From: Spongospora subterranea f. sp. subterranea
Lineage: Eukaryota
DNA: 64,000 nucleotides
Direction: 5' to 3'
Assembly: GCA_049724395.1 (NCBI GenBank)
Contig: JAUGWO010000037.1
Location: forward strand, 1-64,000
The translations under genes were made by a program, and so were the position numbers. This document shows positions 23,301-37,300 of this stretch, one piece after another. The notes beneath the pieces are model-generated. The model was not told where the DNA came from. It did not search any database and saw only the letters and a program-made list of their open reading frames with translations. How positions within the stretch are numbered: position 1 is the first letter of the stretch; every line of letters starts with the position of its first letter.

Positions 23301-25862
23301 AGCGCGCTGAAGAAGGTGGCGAAGAAGAGGAGCGCCGCCTGGGGTTCATCGTCGGTCAACTCGAAACTGACCATGTTGAAGGAGCTGAACATCTTCAAAG
23401 ATCTCCACGACTCCATACTCTGTTTCGTACGTCAACGAACAATTCCAATATCGCCATCGCCTGACGGGTCTGTGTCTAGGCGTCGGCTCTGATTCGCGTC
23501 GTGACCGTCTCTGAGCATTCTGTGTTGTTCACCCAGGTGAGCAATATGCGATCGTCGGCCAATGTGTGTGTGTGTTCTAGGGCTGACTATCGCGTTCCAG
23601 GGTGCTGCCGTCGATGGCGTTTACGCGATCATCGACGGAAGCGTTGCCCACACATACACAACGCCAGATGGGAAAGAGATCCCGTTGACGGTTGGCGGGA
23701 AGAACACCCTGATTGGTATTTGGGGGACGGTCCTCGTCAGATAATCCGAAACTGAACGAGAATGGGCGTGTTATTGTTAGGGTGTTATGGCGTCGTGAAT
23801 CAGTGCAATCGGCTGTTGAAGGCGACGACCTTAAGGGATACCGTCTTCGCCTTCATGCCCAAAGAGAGCTTCAACAAATTCCTGAGGATCGTTCCCTCGC
23901 TCAAAACCCATCCCGATTACATCGCGTCAAAGCTGACGACCGTCGCCGACGTCCTCAGGGCGTTGCCCTATTTCTCCAATCTCAAGGTCGACCTGGCAAT
24001 TCCCCCGAAACTAACATTGCTGATTTCCTGTCAGGTCAAGGAGATCGGCCCATTGGTTCAGTTCGATCACGATCGTTTATTCGCACTCGCATCGTTGTTC
24101 AACGTAATTACGCGGGCGATGTGTGCGTTAACGAAGGGATTTCTGAACCTTGTTTAGTTCATCGAACTACCGGCCAAGACGGTCGTCTGCAAACTCGGGA
24201 GCCCATCGGAGGCGATATATCACATTGTCAGAGGGAAGGCGATCACCATTCTCGGCGACCTGAAACCGGATTCCGATACCGAAACGGCGTTGAACGTGAA
24301 CGATTGGTTTGGCGATGTTGGGACGACGTGTTCGACAACGGTCGTCACCTCGCAGACAACCCTACTGATGACGTCAGCCACAACAACCTGCGACAATCAT
24401 CACAATTTCCCTCAATCGATATTGCTCAGGTTATCGTTGGCGAACTATCCCAAGTTCGCCAATATCGCTCCGGAATTTGCACGACGAGTGGACCAGACCG
24501 TCAACCTAAGGAACTCCACATGGCTTTCGCGATTGGCGTTTTTCTCGGGTCTGAAAGAGAACAAACCGGTGATGATTGTGTGTTGCAGTGATGGTTAGGT
24601 TGTCTGCTGACAATATGCCAAAGTGGTCTAAGATATCGCTATTGGGGTCGTTATTCCAGTTCCAAGAGCATATCCCAGGCGATGTGATCTGTAAAGAAGG
24701 CGATACCGACAGGATGTTCTACCTGATTATTGAAGGTCAGAACAGAACTGCCATCACGCGCTGACGAGGGGAACTGATACGGCCAGCAATGTCAGGAAGG
24801 TTAAAGGTGACGGTGGTCAACGAGGATCGCGTGATCGACCTGGGAATTTTGAAAGCCGACGACTGGTTCGGTGAGATATCATTGATTCTGGACACAAGTC
24901 GAACCGCAACCATCACGTGTAATGCGGTCGTATGTACCTTGACATCGCCGTTCAGCCGACCGTTGCCCGAATGTGTAGGTCTTGAACATTGCCTGCTTTG
25001 TACGCTGTCCTATGAATCGTTCGCGCGACTCAAGAATATCGCTCCTGAACTGACGGAGACCTTCACCTCCCTCATTCTCCGACGAACGGCTGGCACCTTG
25101 AAGAAGTTCAAGCTGTTCGATGCTGTTCGAGAGAATAAGCCGGTTGTGATCTACCATGATGGAATGCGATTGGGAAACTGAGTGGTTGATCTGATTATAG
25201 TGGTCAAAAAAGGAGCTACTAGGCATCGCTATTAACCTATAAATCTGTTAACAAGGATACGGAAGTGTTCCAAGAAGGCGACGATGGCGACTACCTGTAC
25301 CTAATTCTGAACGGAACAGTTCAGGTTAGCAGGTCCCCTTCATGGCCTATATCGATGCGACGATAATCCCGCTTGTTTTTGATCCCAGGTCACTCACAAA
25401 TGTACAGAGCTGGGAACACTTTCCGCCGGGGAGTACTTTGGCGAATCTGCTCTTCTAGAGCCGATCAAAGCCAGGTATGTTATTATCTAAGTGGTTCGTC
25501 GATTGGTATAAACATCATGATCAGAAATGCGACTGTGACCACATTGACTCCATGCTTATTCCTGATTATGTCTCACGAATGTTTTCAGAAATTTCTTTCG
25601 GTCGCTCCAGGTACTAAAATGATTTTTTCATTGTTTCATAACCAGCTGACATAGTCCATTGTAAGAAATACTCGCTCCGATACAAAAATTGGTACAGGAG
25701 AGGACTGTCAAACGACAATCAGTAGTTTCGATGAGAGATGAACTCGTTCGAAAGTCGACGACAGCAAGGCCCTCCATTATCAGCAATGTAAACTACACTC
25801 ATCAATTATTTCGATTTCATTTTGTTTACCAGTTAGCAGGAGAACGTCCACCTTGGAGTTGA
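20352..25862 (+). CDS. Multi-exon protein with about eight tandem cyclic-nucleotide-binding (cNMP) domains and no recognisable catalytic or channel domain
   Basis: Repeated blocks of PFF, EG(D/E)..FY.I..G, (W/Y)FGE.(S/A)L and RTAT: PAYFGE, GDWFGED, GQWFGEM, GDCIGAS, GCYG, NDWFGD, DDWFGEI, GEYFGES. Many short GT-AG introns. Both ends approximate. Confidence 0.85.
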
Positions 25863-26180
25863 CGGTGAGCCAAAAAAAGGTACTTCGAATAACAAATATT
25901 TGTTGAATCAAACTAAATGAGACACAACTACAGAGACCTCTATAGAAACAACTACGATCCCGGAGACCGATATCAAAGACAACGGAGCGATTATAGACCT
26001 AGGCGCACGAACCAAACCTTTGTGAACGACGGGTTTGAGGCCAAGATGAAGCTGACAGATTGTGACTCCATACACACGAAAAAGTATGAACCCTATAATA
26101 TACATTTGAGGTAGATCCTTTGAAAGTGAGCTCATGTAAAATAATAAATCATGTGTATATTTAGCAAGATAGGTAAAAAC

Positions 26181-27600
26181 TTATATAACCAGTTTCTCGC
26201 ATTGATTGTAGTATCTGGCCTGAAATGAATCGATAAGAAATTGATATTGCATTACAAGAAGAAGTTACCGGAAGTGGTACAACATGTTGAGCGGCAACTC
26301 GTCGCTGATTGGATTCATCATCGGCGAATTGCAGAACATAATGCCCTTTGACCTACAAAAGAAGACAAATAAATCATTTGCTAGATTTGCAAAATCTGGA
26401 ATATTGTTGAGACCTTTCTAGGTCCTGATATTACAGTGGCGGGATAAAAAACGGTTGTCTGAGGAAATATTGCTAGGACGCACTCATCTTTTAAGAATTC
26501 GACGCGACGTTGCAAAGGAATTGCTTCCAGCGTGGGAAGAAGAAGCAATCTATCACATTCAATAATGTAATCCCTAACAGACATGTCAAACGGTAAACGA
26601 AAATATGCAATCACACTGACTTGATCAGATCAGGTCGGACGACATTATCTTCGGCTTCGTTGTCCATTACTGTATATCGGCAGCGTTTCCTGTCGAATGA
26701 AACGACAGATGCCAGGATCCACAGGTTGGGATCTGAATGCTCGTCAATCAAAGCAGCGACTTGAGACTGAGGTGGGAACGGCTGTGAATGTTTGTGAGCC
26801 CAAATATCACTAAAATACAAAATCAATCTATGGATCAGCAGCACAGCAATAATAAAAACATCACGGGAACTTTGATTCAAGATAACCACAACTTACTCCT
26901 CCGGATCCCGAATAACAGGGATCCCATATGGCCTCTTTGCTGGTATTTTCGTGATTAACCTTGCTAAGAGACATGTCAAAATCGTTGAAGCAGAAAACAG
27001 CTAATCAAGAGGTGAATACGAGGTCTTGATGATGAGGCCTTGCTATTGATTAACGACAGAATCTTAGCGGCACAGGATGATGCAGCTCTGAACAAGAGTC
27101 AAAATGCAATTGCCTTATTTGCCGATATTAACCTGAATTCTTCCACAGATGCGCCGAATGCTGATAAGATTTGGGCCCTCATCGCAGGGGTTGCTTCAAT
27201 GGCCGGGATCGATAATGCATCTGTAGTCAATAATGTGATCAGCCATTGAACGATACGTAAAAAAACGCACAGATATGTAATGCAAAGCTTGGCCGAATAG
27301 AAAGACATTTTCAATTTTGAAAGTAAGAGGCACATTAAACAGCTCGATGTGCACTAAGCTACAGAAATCGAAAAAAATTTCAAGACCTGTCAGGGCATTT
27401 TGTATAGTCTCTTCCGCGCTTGTAAATTCCGACTGCGACTGTTCTCTGATTACCTTCAGCAGATGTAGCTGCCTAGATACGGCAGCAATTCAGAGCCACT
27501 GGTGGATCCAGACACGGATAGCATTCATCCTCACTCGGCTATGTTCGCCGTCTCCTCCCCAATCTGTGTGGCTTGCGACATCCCCGACACCAAATTCACC
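26181..27600 (-). CDS. SGF29: SGF29-like SAGA subunit (tandem Tudor domain), multi-exon
   Basis: SQVAALI..WILASVVSFD..RYTVMD, VLAIFPQTTVFYPATV and HYVLQFADD match the SGF29 double-Tudor pattern; start codon not resolved. Confidence 0.82.
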
Positions 27601-28156
27601 TCCTTTAACAACACACACCAGATGGGAAATGACCTTTTTAGCTCTCACCGTCACTCAAATGAAACGATCAATTCGTTACTTTCCAGACCTGGTGGTGATC
27701 TCATAAAGCCACAAACACGGAAACGTAACAGGTGTTATGACTGGAAAAAGGCCGCAGTTATTCCCATGACCTTCATCATCTCTCACCGTCACTGCAACAA
27801 TAAATCTAACTCTCAAGACCTGTGATTTCCTACTGCCCAAACTCAGAAATGAAAATGTGCCTCGAAAAAGGGCTAAACAAAAGCGACCGCGGATACTCCT
27901 CAGATGAGAGGGGAGTCCATGTCTCATTGTCGGGAACTTTAAGTTTCTCACCGTCATTCCACACTGAAACGATAATTTTCAAACCTGTCATCTCTCATAG
28001 CACAAACGCGGAAATGACTCAGTGGCTATAGAAACAGCCGAAACATGGACGACCAGCTGTTAATAATTCTCAGATAAGAGGGAAATTGATATCCCATGTC
28101 AGAGACCGATCAATACGAGATTATCTGTTATAACTACGTCATAAAGTTTATTGGAT

Positions 28157-28290
28157 TGAACATGGTTCTGGTGTAAATTTACCTCTAAACCATGACAGTC
28201 GAACATGTGAATTTTGCTCTACACCATGACAGTCGAACATGATTCTCGTGTGAATTTTGCTCTACACCATGACAGTCGAACATGGCTCTG
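28157..28290. repeat. Minisatellite of three to four ~35-43-bp units containing accatgacagtcgaacatg
   Basis: accatgacagtcgaacatg occurs three times, separated by tgaattttgctctac-type spacers. Confidence 0.85.
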
Positions 28291-29129
28291 GTATTGTGAC
28301 CGTGAGTTTTTTTAGCGATCCGATCGCCATTCAATATTGTTCAAGCGGTCCCTGGGATAATTTTCACATACGCTGACGGTTTACATCGGTGGGTTTAACT
28401 GCTTTTGTACCAGGCCGGGATTGAAAAAAGTCGTTGAAGTAAAACTCTAATCTCAAATTTCGTATCAAATTTTGACGGCGTTTGCGTGTTGTCGAACGCA
28501 ATAGTATCACGAACAGTTGATGACGAAACGACAAACAGAGATGAGTTCTCGCGAATTCGAATGAACATTGAGCCGCGGTTCACCTACCAACCCGATTGTC
28601 AAACAGCTATATAATGAACTCCACCGCGCAACAGAGAGCAGTTTATTATATGGTTTATTAATAACTGGGGTGGAGATGGTGAACGGTGGTTCAGTATTAA
28701 AACTGATTATGTAGTGGGGTTGACCAGGACCATCACTATCTTATCTCGCAGCCGTTTCGTCATCAGCCATGGCCACAGCGAAACGAACGGGGTTTGCCCG
28801 GTGGCCACACTGTTCCGCTCCTTTGCTAACCATTCCCTCAAATTGTTGGCAGCCGTTTACATGCCCACAGGAGTTGCTCGTGATTGAGCGGTGCCGTATC
28901 GCTGGTTTGAGCCCAAGGACACGGTCGCCAAACGACCTTTCGGGTTTAACATATCACCAATCGCCAGCACTTGATCCACGTAATTGGACGGTGCTCGATC
29001 CCTTGATGACATCGGCCAACAACATTGAATCAATCTGCCAACACTCTTTTGGCGCAGCCTTGGACAATGTAACGCGAACGGGTCCGTCACGGAGTCCGTG
29101 GAATCCCTGGGTCAGTCCGAAAAGGGAAA

Positions 29130-31257
29130 ATGCAGGCAATGGACGACCATGATGGCGAATCCTCGGTCGATCACGACGAGCAGGAATCCGGTAGCGAGCC
29201 TGAGGACCAGGAAATGGGCTCATCTGGTGAACAAGACGAGATTGAAGAATTAGGTGATTATTTCTGGATATCGTTCCTGGGGAATTTGATCTGATTTCAT
29301 CGATTTTTTCTGGTTTTAGAGCCTGATTCCGAGCCCAAAATGAAGAGCGGGGCTAAGCGCAATGCCGATCGTGATCAGCAGAAGAATCTGCTTCGCGAGC
29401 GTAAGGCTCGTCGCCTTCATGGTGATGTTGTGCAGGCGGCTCACACCGCCTGGGGATCGGAGTCGATCAAATCCGCCCCCGTTGAGGAGCGCGTCGGCCG
29501 TGTTGAAGCGGTGCTGGACCAGGTTCAGGCTCTGCTCAGCCAGATCTGTGTCAAACACGACATCAGCCGATTGATTCAATCCTGCGTCAAATACGGGAGC
29601 GATGAGCAACGATCGTTAATCACTCGCTGGTCATCTCAAAGGGTTTGTTCCTTTCTCTCCGACACCCCAAATTCGCGTCTCAATCTGGATGTATTGTTCA
29701 GACAAGTGACGACATTATCGATCAATCAGTATTCGTGTCATGTGATATTGAAACTGCTGCGCTACGGGTCGAAAACGGTCCAAGGCGTCATCGTGTCGGA
29801 GCTGACCGGGAACCTGGCGAAACTCGCGCTGCACCGCGTCGGGTTCCGTGTCGTTGATCTGGCGTGGAGGTCGTGCTGTAATACGCAACAGAAACAGGGA
29901 ATGATGTTCGAGTTCTACGGCAAGGAGCACAGGTTCAACTACCCTTCGACAGCGCGCGCCTTTTCGCCCAAATTTGATCGTCGTTTGTCGTAGTTTGTTT
30001 CGCGATAAATCAGCGGAAGCGCCGTCGATGGCCGATGTGTTCAAGTCGTTGGACGAGACGAAAGCAGCTGCGTTTTTGGGATCGGTGAGGATGTTCATCG
30101 ATAAATGCATCCTCAAGGGAACGTTACAGCAATCGTTGCTACATTCGGTCCTACGTCAGTACCTGGAGCTGGCTGACGACCGCGACGCCCTGATCGAGTC
30201 GCTGAAGGATCTGTCGCTGCAACTGTGTGCCACGTTGGACGGTGTGATCGCCACATGCATCATGCTGGATTACGCCTCGTCAAAACAGCGCAAATCGATC
30301 GTGAAGTCGTGGAAGGGTCAGATTGGCAATATGTGCAAGGACAGCGACGTAAGGAAAACCAACAAAACCCTGGACATCGTCGTCGTGATCGAACATGAAA
30401 TTTCAGGGGTTTTTAGCGATTGCAAAGTCGCTGTCAGTTCTGGATGATACGGTTCTGCTCGAGAAGAGCGTGATCAACGAGATCAACGCCGCTAACGATA
30501 TCATGCAGTGCGCTCCGGGATGCAAACTGCTCCTGCAGGTGCTGGCTCCGGGCGAACCCAGATATTTCACATCGTCCGAGCAGAAGATCCTTAAGACCGT
30601 CCCGGGCACCAGCAAGAAGAGCGACGACGCTCGCCGACAGGAGGTGCTGAAGATAATCCTGCCGTCGTTGATCGCCAATCTCAAGGGAAACTACATCATG
30701 TCCTGTGTAAGGAAACATTGTTCGAAGGACTTTTCGTCGGCACAATCTCGCTAACACCCTCTGCGCCTCTAGATGTTGTTGCGGGATCGAATCCTCGGGC
30801 CCGTGTTCCTGGAAACCGTGAAATGCGCCGAACAATTCCCCGGAACGATCGCCGATTCCTGCACGGAGTTCGTCAACGACCTGATCCAGCGATTCTCCGA
30901 CGACGATCTCGCAGGTGAGTTCTTTCTGCTGTTCCGTCGCGATCGTCTCACCTATTCTCACGGTCGTTGTTGTCGTCGCCAGATTTGGATAAAGGACACG
31001 TCATTGGCCATCCAGTCGGCCATCGTATATTCAAAACCCTGGCGATATCGTGCCCGATCACGGTCCGCCCCGCTCTGGTGAAATTCTGCCTCGCCAACAT
31101 CGACACCATCATGTCGTCGCGAGCGGTATGGATTCTCGTCGCCCTTGCGGAGGCCGACGAAACCTTCCGGAAAGCGGTCAAGCCACGTCAGCGTAAATTC
31201 AAAGGCGCTGCGACACCCGGCGTGACAAAACTGAAAGAAATCGTCTCTGCGAAATGA
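29130..31257 (+). CDS. PUF6: Pumilio-homology nucleolar protein PUF6/PUM3-like with CPL domain, multi-exon
   Basis: Acidic N-terminus; KHDISRLIQSCVKYGS, KLLRYGS, EFYGKE, KQRKSIVKS, VLDDTVLL, TSKKSDDARRQE; stop at 31255-31257. Confidence 0.88.
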
Positions 31258-31329
31258 GGGGTGAAATACAACAACACTCTATTATTATCAACAGGAAAAC
31301 CGCCTTTATTGTGAGAATTCAGCAAATGG

Positions 31330-34300
31330 TCAATTTGGCGGATGAGATTGAACGACGAAATTCGGTTGTGATTGGACAGCGTAGCCGGGTTGGGAGAAGA
31401 CGGGCGCGCCTTGCATTGGATAGGCCGCCTGGGGCTGCATTTGATAGATGGGCTGACCCTGCATTGGGTACGCTGGCTGTCCCTGCATTGGGTACGCTGG
31501 CTGACCCTGCATAGGGTACGCTGGCTGTCCCTGCATTGGATACGCTGGCGCTCCCTGCATCTGATACACAGCCTGGCCCTGAATGGCGTACGCTTGACCA
31601 ACGGGCATCGCCATTCCCGGCTGCATCTGGTTCTTGACGTAAATCACCGGTTGGGCGTTGGGATTGGGGGCGTCCTGATGGGGGACGCTCGTTGCCGCTT
31701 CACGACGAGCCTGACGACGTTTGCAACGCCGATAGAGGATGATCAGGATTCCCAGGGCGGCGATGGCGGCGATGACGCCACCGATCGCACCGCCAGCGTT
31801 GCCGCCCGAGTCTGTCGTGGGATCGGGAGCTGGCGGGGGCGGTGGTCGGATGGGGAGTGAGGCCATTGCACGAGGACGACCAGGATCCGTCACCGCAATC
31901 GATCATCGCTTGTTGGGACGGGGGATACGATGAATCAACCGACAGCGAACTGTCCAGGCGAAGTTTACTCGATGGGTCGGCGATCTGCGCGATGATCTGA
32001 TTGGCAAGAATGGCGACGGTCGTCGCCGAACTGTCCGGAACAAGAACGAACGTGACGATGACACTTCCTGAAACCAAATCGGTGATCAACTGATGAAAAA
32101 AGAAGGCCAAGGGAACGGGATCCAGTACCAGGAGTGGCGGAAACTACAAAGATTCGCGAAGGGGATATGTTCAGGGCCGTCGCCAGCGACGCGGCAAACG
32201 CCGTCTTGAACGAAGCGATATTCTGTGCGACCTGGGTGAAGTTGAGCATCAGCCGAAGCGTGAGCGACACCGATTCGCGTAGGGCGTGGGTCGTTGGGGC
32301 AATCGACGCCGTCTATCATCAACTTGTCAGTCAAAAACAGGGGTGGGACAGATAGAGATGGCGCTATGCACCGTTGGGTTCTGAAGGACACTCTGTTTGA
32401 CGGTGGCGGTGGATTGGGCAGATTTCATGCGATAAACGGCCACGAACGCCGACGATGCTGACACACTACAGCTCACCTGTTGATCAATCTCAACAAACAG
32501 TCTCAACGTGAACGAAACGGTCAACGATGTCCAAACCTGGGTCAGCTCCGTTTGGGTCGTCGTCAGAACCGATGTCGTGTTCCAGACCTTGGTCTTGTTG
32601 TCAAACTGAAGGCACTTGACGCTGCAAGGAAGAGCGGTACAGGTTCCGTCGACCAAAGGCAGATCGACGACCACGGGTGAAGCCGGAACACCGCTCAACG
32701 CCATGAACGTCTCCGACATGACCCCGAATTGGACAACCGGGGAGACGGCCCCCAATATATTCGGATTGTTTAGTTGACCTACGACGGAAACCGGTCAATA
32801 TCAACGTCGTCAATGCGCTGACGACATCGTACTCTCAGTGAAGGCGTTGGATTTCTCAACGATCCCCCAGACGAACGTGTCGAGGGTGCGATCGATGGCG
32901 TAGAACCCGGATGGGACCGTGATCGACAGGCGGTAGTTTGGCGACGACGTGAACATTCGGGCGACGTCGGCCTTGAACGCGATCGGGTTCGTGTGCGCCA
33001 CAAATCGACGGGTGGTGGTGGAGGAGTTGGCGTATCCAGTGAAATCGTCCTCCTAATGAACACATTTTGAATATGTCGGATTGTTTGAGCTGGAATATGC
33101 CGAAATCGCCAAACCTGATTGACCAATAAACTGGCGCTTTGTGTCGTGATCACCGACAATCCGTTCGCGAATCGTTCAAACACTTTAGAGAAAAAAGTCT
33201 GGTGAGAAAAGGCGACGACGACGGCGATCTGTGAATTTTCGGGGAAAACGAACCTGTTTGATCCGGATTGGCGTTGATCGCCAGTAATCGACGACGAACA
33301 GCGAGATTGGGGCTCGTGGTCACGTAGAGATCGAACATCTGGAAGAGTTTATATCGCTCATCGGCTGGGAGTTCGGACGCAATCTTGACAGCGTTCACCA
33401 AGATCGCTGTGGACGGCGGTGTTGGGAATACGATATCTCGTTGGACGACGATAAACGCGGCTCACCTCGGGCGTCAGCGATCGTGATCGTGGGCGAGATC
33501 GGCATCGATAATGTGCTGTCGAGCATAACATTGGGGCTGACCAGGGTCTGGCAAGCGCTGAACGCCTTGTTCAGCTGGATCGCCACGAGCGGATTGGTCG
33601 AGTTGATCGTCGTCACCAGATTCATCACCGTCTCACAGCTGGCGTTGGCGATCCGATCGATCACCTCTTGCAGGGCGAACACCTAAAACCCCCAATCACC
33701 ATCCGCTGACACTGATCACAGACCACGACGACGAACCTTTGGAGAAACGGTGACCGTTCGCGTCACTTCCGTGAACGCGCCTTCCTCGTCGTAGATTTGC
33801 GCGAACACAACGCAACGACCGGTTGGACAGATGATGGAGCTGGTCGGCATTGGGGCTTGGGACGACACCGTCACCCGATCTGGAGCGCCCAAAGGTTTCG
33901 CCTTGTAGTATCTGTGAACGAAAACGGGCGGCACCCACTCAGCACACGATCATCGGATTGACAACGAACTCAACGGAATTACCCGAACGAGTACAGGAGC
34001 TGAACGCTGATGTCGTCGACCCAATTGAAGGCGGTGAGCGCGATCGGGGTTCCGGCGTCGACAACCGATTGGGAGACGTTGAGCGAGCCCGTTGACGGTG
34101 GGCTGTTGACGACCGTCTCGAAATAGGACGTCGCCGGCGCCGTCAATTCCAAACAGGAAACGGTCACCGTAAATCGGAGGAGATCGCCGCTGAATCACAA
34201 CGGAAACTCAGGGCGACGGTGAGCGGGGGATCGCGACAATCGCCCGAACCTGACGAACGTCATTGGATTATTGCAGGAACGACCTCCGACGCAAAGGGTC

Positions 34301-37300
34301 TGGCCAACGCCAACGGGGACGTCTTTCCCACCAGTTCCACTGCTCTTCAACGTCCACGAGTAGGAGCACGACGATTTCCAGCTGGGAATTTCGGATTCTG
34401 TCGAGGGGGTGTTGAGTTAGAAACAACAAGATTGACGAGTTCTTACGATCGCTTTTGACGATAACGGTGGCGGCCGATGCGGTGACGGAACTGGTCGGAT
34501 TGATACGGCCTGGAGCGGACGCGATCGTGATCTTCGGGATCGGGCTCGACACGATCTCGATAATGGTCTGGGTCGATTGCGATCGACCCGAGGCGTCGTC
34601 GGACACGGTCAGGTACATGGTGTAGATTCCTTTGGACGACCGACAACGGCGTCAATTGGAATATTTGGCGATTTCGATAGCGATAACCGACCTGGGTTCA
34701 ACGTCTGTCCAGGAAGTGTTAGAACGGGAACGGGCGAGAGCGATAGCGCCACTCCCGAGGGATTCGTCGCCGAATTCCCCAGCTCATCATAGCAATCCCA
34801 TTCGAAGGTGAGGCCGGTGTTGGAGCCGGCGTCGGGATCGGTGCTCTTGGACCCGTCCAGGACGATGGCGTCGTTGGCGAACAGCTGTCGCTGCAATCCC
34901 CCAGCGATGGAGGCGACGAGCGGCGACGCCCCGACCGTGACCGTGAAGGTGATGGAATTGTTGACCCGGCCATGGGCCACGAAACAAGTCCATTTGTAGA
35001 CCGAGTTGGCCACGAGAGTCGACGGCTGAACTGTGATGAAATTACGGCGATCGGACGCCGATTGCGGCAACGACTGGCCGAACCAGGTGAAGATCGCCTC
35101 CTTGAACGGGACGTCGGTGGCCATCCTTCAGGACGAACGGCGCCGAGCTCTTCACGACGCTGACGGCGCTGCTGCCGACGGCGTACACGATCGGGATCGC
35201 CTGGTCCGAGGTCGTCACGACCACGACCTGCTGTTCGCTGATCTGCCCGAACACGTTCTTGATGATGCAGCCGATCGTGTAGGAATCGCCCGGGTTCATC
35301 ACCGCCGCTAGCGCCTGCCAAACAAACCAGGATCAGGGGGCGCATCAACACGACGACAAGATGACGCTAGTTTACAGTGATCGTGCAAGGATCGCTGGGA
35401 AGTGTGGAGATCTCCAGGAAGTTGCTCGCCGACCAGAAACACCTGAGTTCGCGGCCGAAATCATTGGAACCGTAGGCGGTGAGCTGTAGGTTCTGGCCCA
35501 GCGATAATCGCGTTGGGCCAATGATGGACTTGACGCTGGGACGGCGGATCTCAACGGGAGCGCCCAGGACGGCCGATCCCGCGGCGAACACCGATGATCC
35601 AGGACAGACGACGAACGAGTTCTGACGGATCGAGATCGTGTCGTTAACGTTGGCCGACCAGCGTTGACCCAACGCTATGTTGACCGAACTGCTGGACGAG
35701 GTCTGGCAGAAGGCGCCGGAACCGATCAGGGCGACACTGTTCAGGGAAAGCAACGACGCGCAGTCGATCGATGTTCGGGACGATATCCCCAATGAACCTG
35801 AACAAGAAACGCGCTGAGATCGTTTGGCGACGAGGGGCAGAAAAACGGCGGCGGTCACCGTTGAACGAGAGCTCGATCGTGACCTTCTGGCCATTGAACA
35901 GGAACATGGCGCTAGAGAGCTGTGGGGGAACGGCCTCATTACAGGCCGGATCGAGCTGGATCAGCATCTGGCTCCGAGAGACGTCCTTGTAGGTTGGAGG
36001 AGTGGCGAACACGTCCTGGATCTGAACGATCAACGAGTTCTGTGTGATTTGACCGTATTCGGTCGTCTGGAACGACACGCCAGCCAGGGCGGTTTGCACC
36101 AGGTTCAGCGGCCCTTTCATCGTGATCTGGCGAAGAAACGCGATGTCAGCGCCGGAAGTGGCGGGATCAATCGTGGCCGATTGCCGACCTGTCGGGCCTC
36201 GGTTCCAAATGAGGGATTATAGGAGAGACCTGGCTCAGCTGAGTCGACGATAGTTTCACCTTCGATTGACGAGCGCCGTTGGGCAGTGTCTGGCCCGCTT
36301 CCCCAGCAATTATCTGGACCTGTTCGGGGGTCGGGCGATTTCAGCGTTGAGTTTCGAACATGAACAAACGGCAGTGGGATCACCTCGACAGTGTTGTTTT
36401 CGGCGTCGAATGCCCAGATTGGGATCGGGGCGACCTGAACCCAGCGATTCGCCTTATAGGTGACCGAGGACGTCAAATTGACACCTGGTGATTCCTGTTG
36501 ATGGAAAACGAGCTCAGTTCCGGAATCGTTCTCGAGATGAGGGTTTAGGGAGTGCGGAGCGAAACCTTGACGAATATCACGAAGACCGAGACGTCGAGCG
36601 TGGCCAGGACGATGCCGTTCGTGTTCGAGACGCTAATCGAGATGATGTCGTTCCCCCGGAAATGGGTCTTGCCCGTATAGCGCATCTCCTTCAGCTGAGC
36701 GATCAGTTTCACGGCCGATACCGACGCCCTGATCGTGGACGATGTGACGCCCTGGTAGATCAGGAACCCATTGCTGAAAACGGGAAAAACACAAACGGGG
36801 CGATGTCAACGACGGAACAGAGTTAGTGAAACCGATCGGTTCGATCCGACCTGGCCGTGGCCGTGAAGTTCAGGACCGTATTCGGCAACGAACCCGTCAC
36901 CTGCGATGACGACGAGAACGCCATGAACTTCAACGGGGCGATCGTCCCCTGTAATAGCGACAGGACGCCGCCGCTGAACAGGAACACCTTGGTCTGATCG
37001 GTCTGTTGACCGCCACCACCGCCTCCCGACGGTTGCGGCGCCTGACAAACATTCAGCGACATTTGCGGTCGCGGCTGAAAAAACGGATCCGATTACCGCA
37101 GTGGGGACGAACTCGCCGAAATTTCCAGTGAGGACGACGCACGACGAGCTGATCTTGGAGCCGACGATCTGGGTGATGGCGCTGGCGCACGCTTGCGTTG
37201 GCTTCGGTGAACCACCGTTGGATGAACCTTTAACGGTGTAGATCAGACTCGACGACGACTCCCATTGGGCGGTCAGGTTGAGGTTGGCGAACAGCGCCCC

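Noticed and set aside
25917..26114. 65-aa ORF between the cNMP gene and SGF29
   Set aside because: Could be a terminal exon or UTR; no independent support
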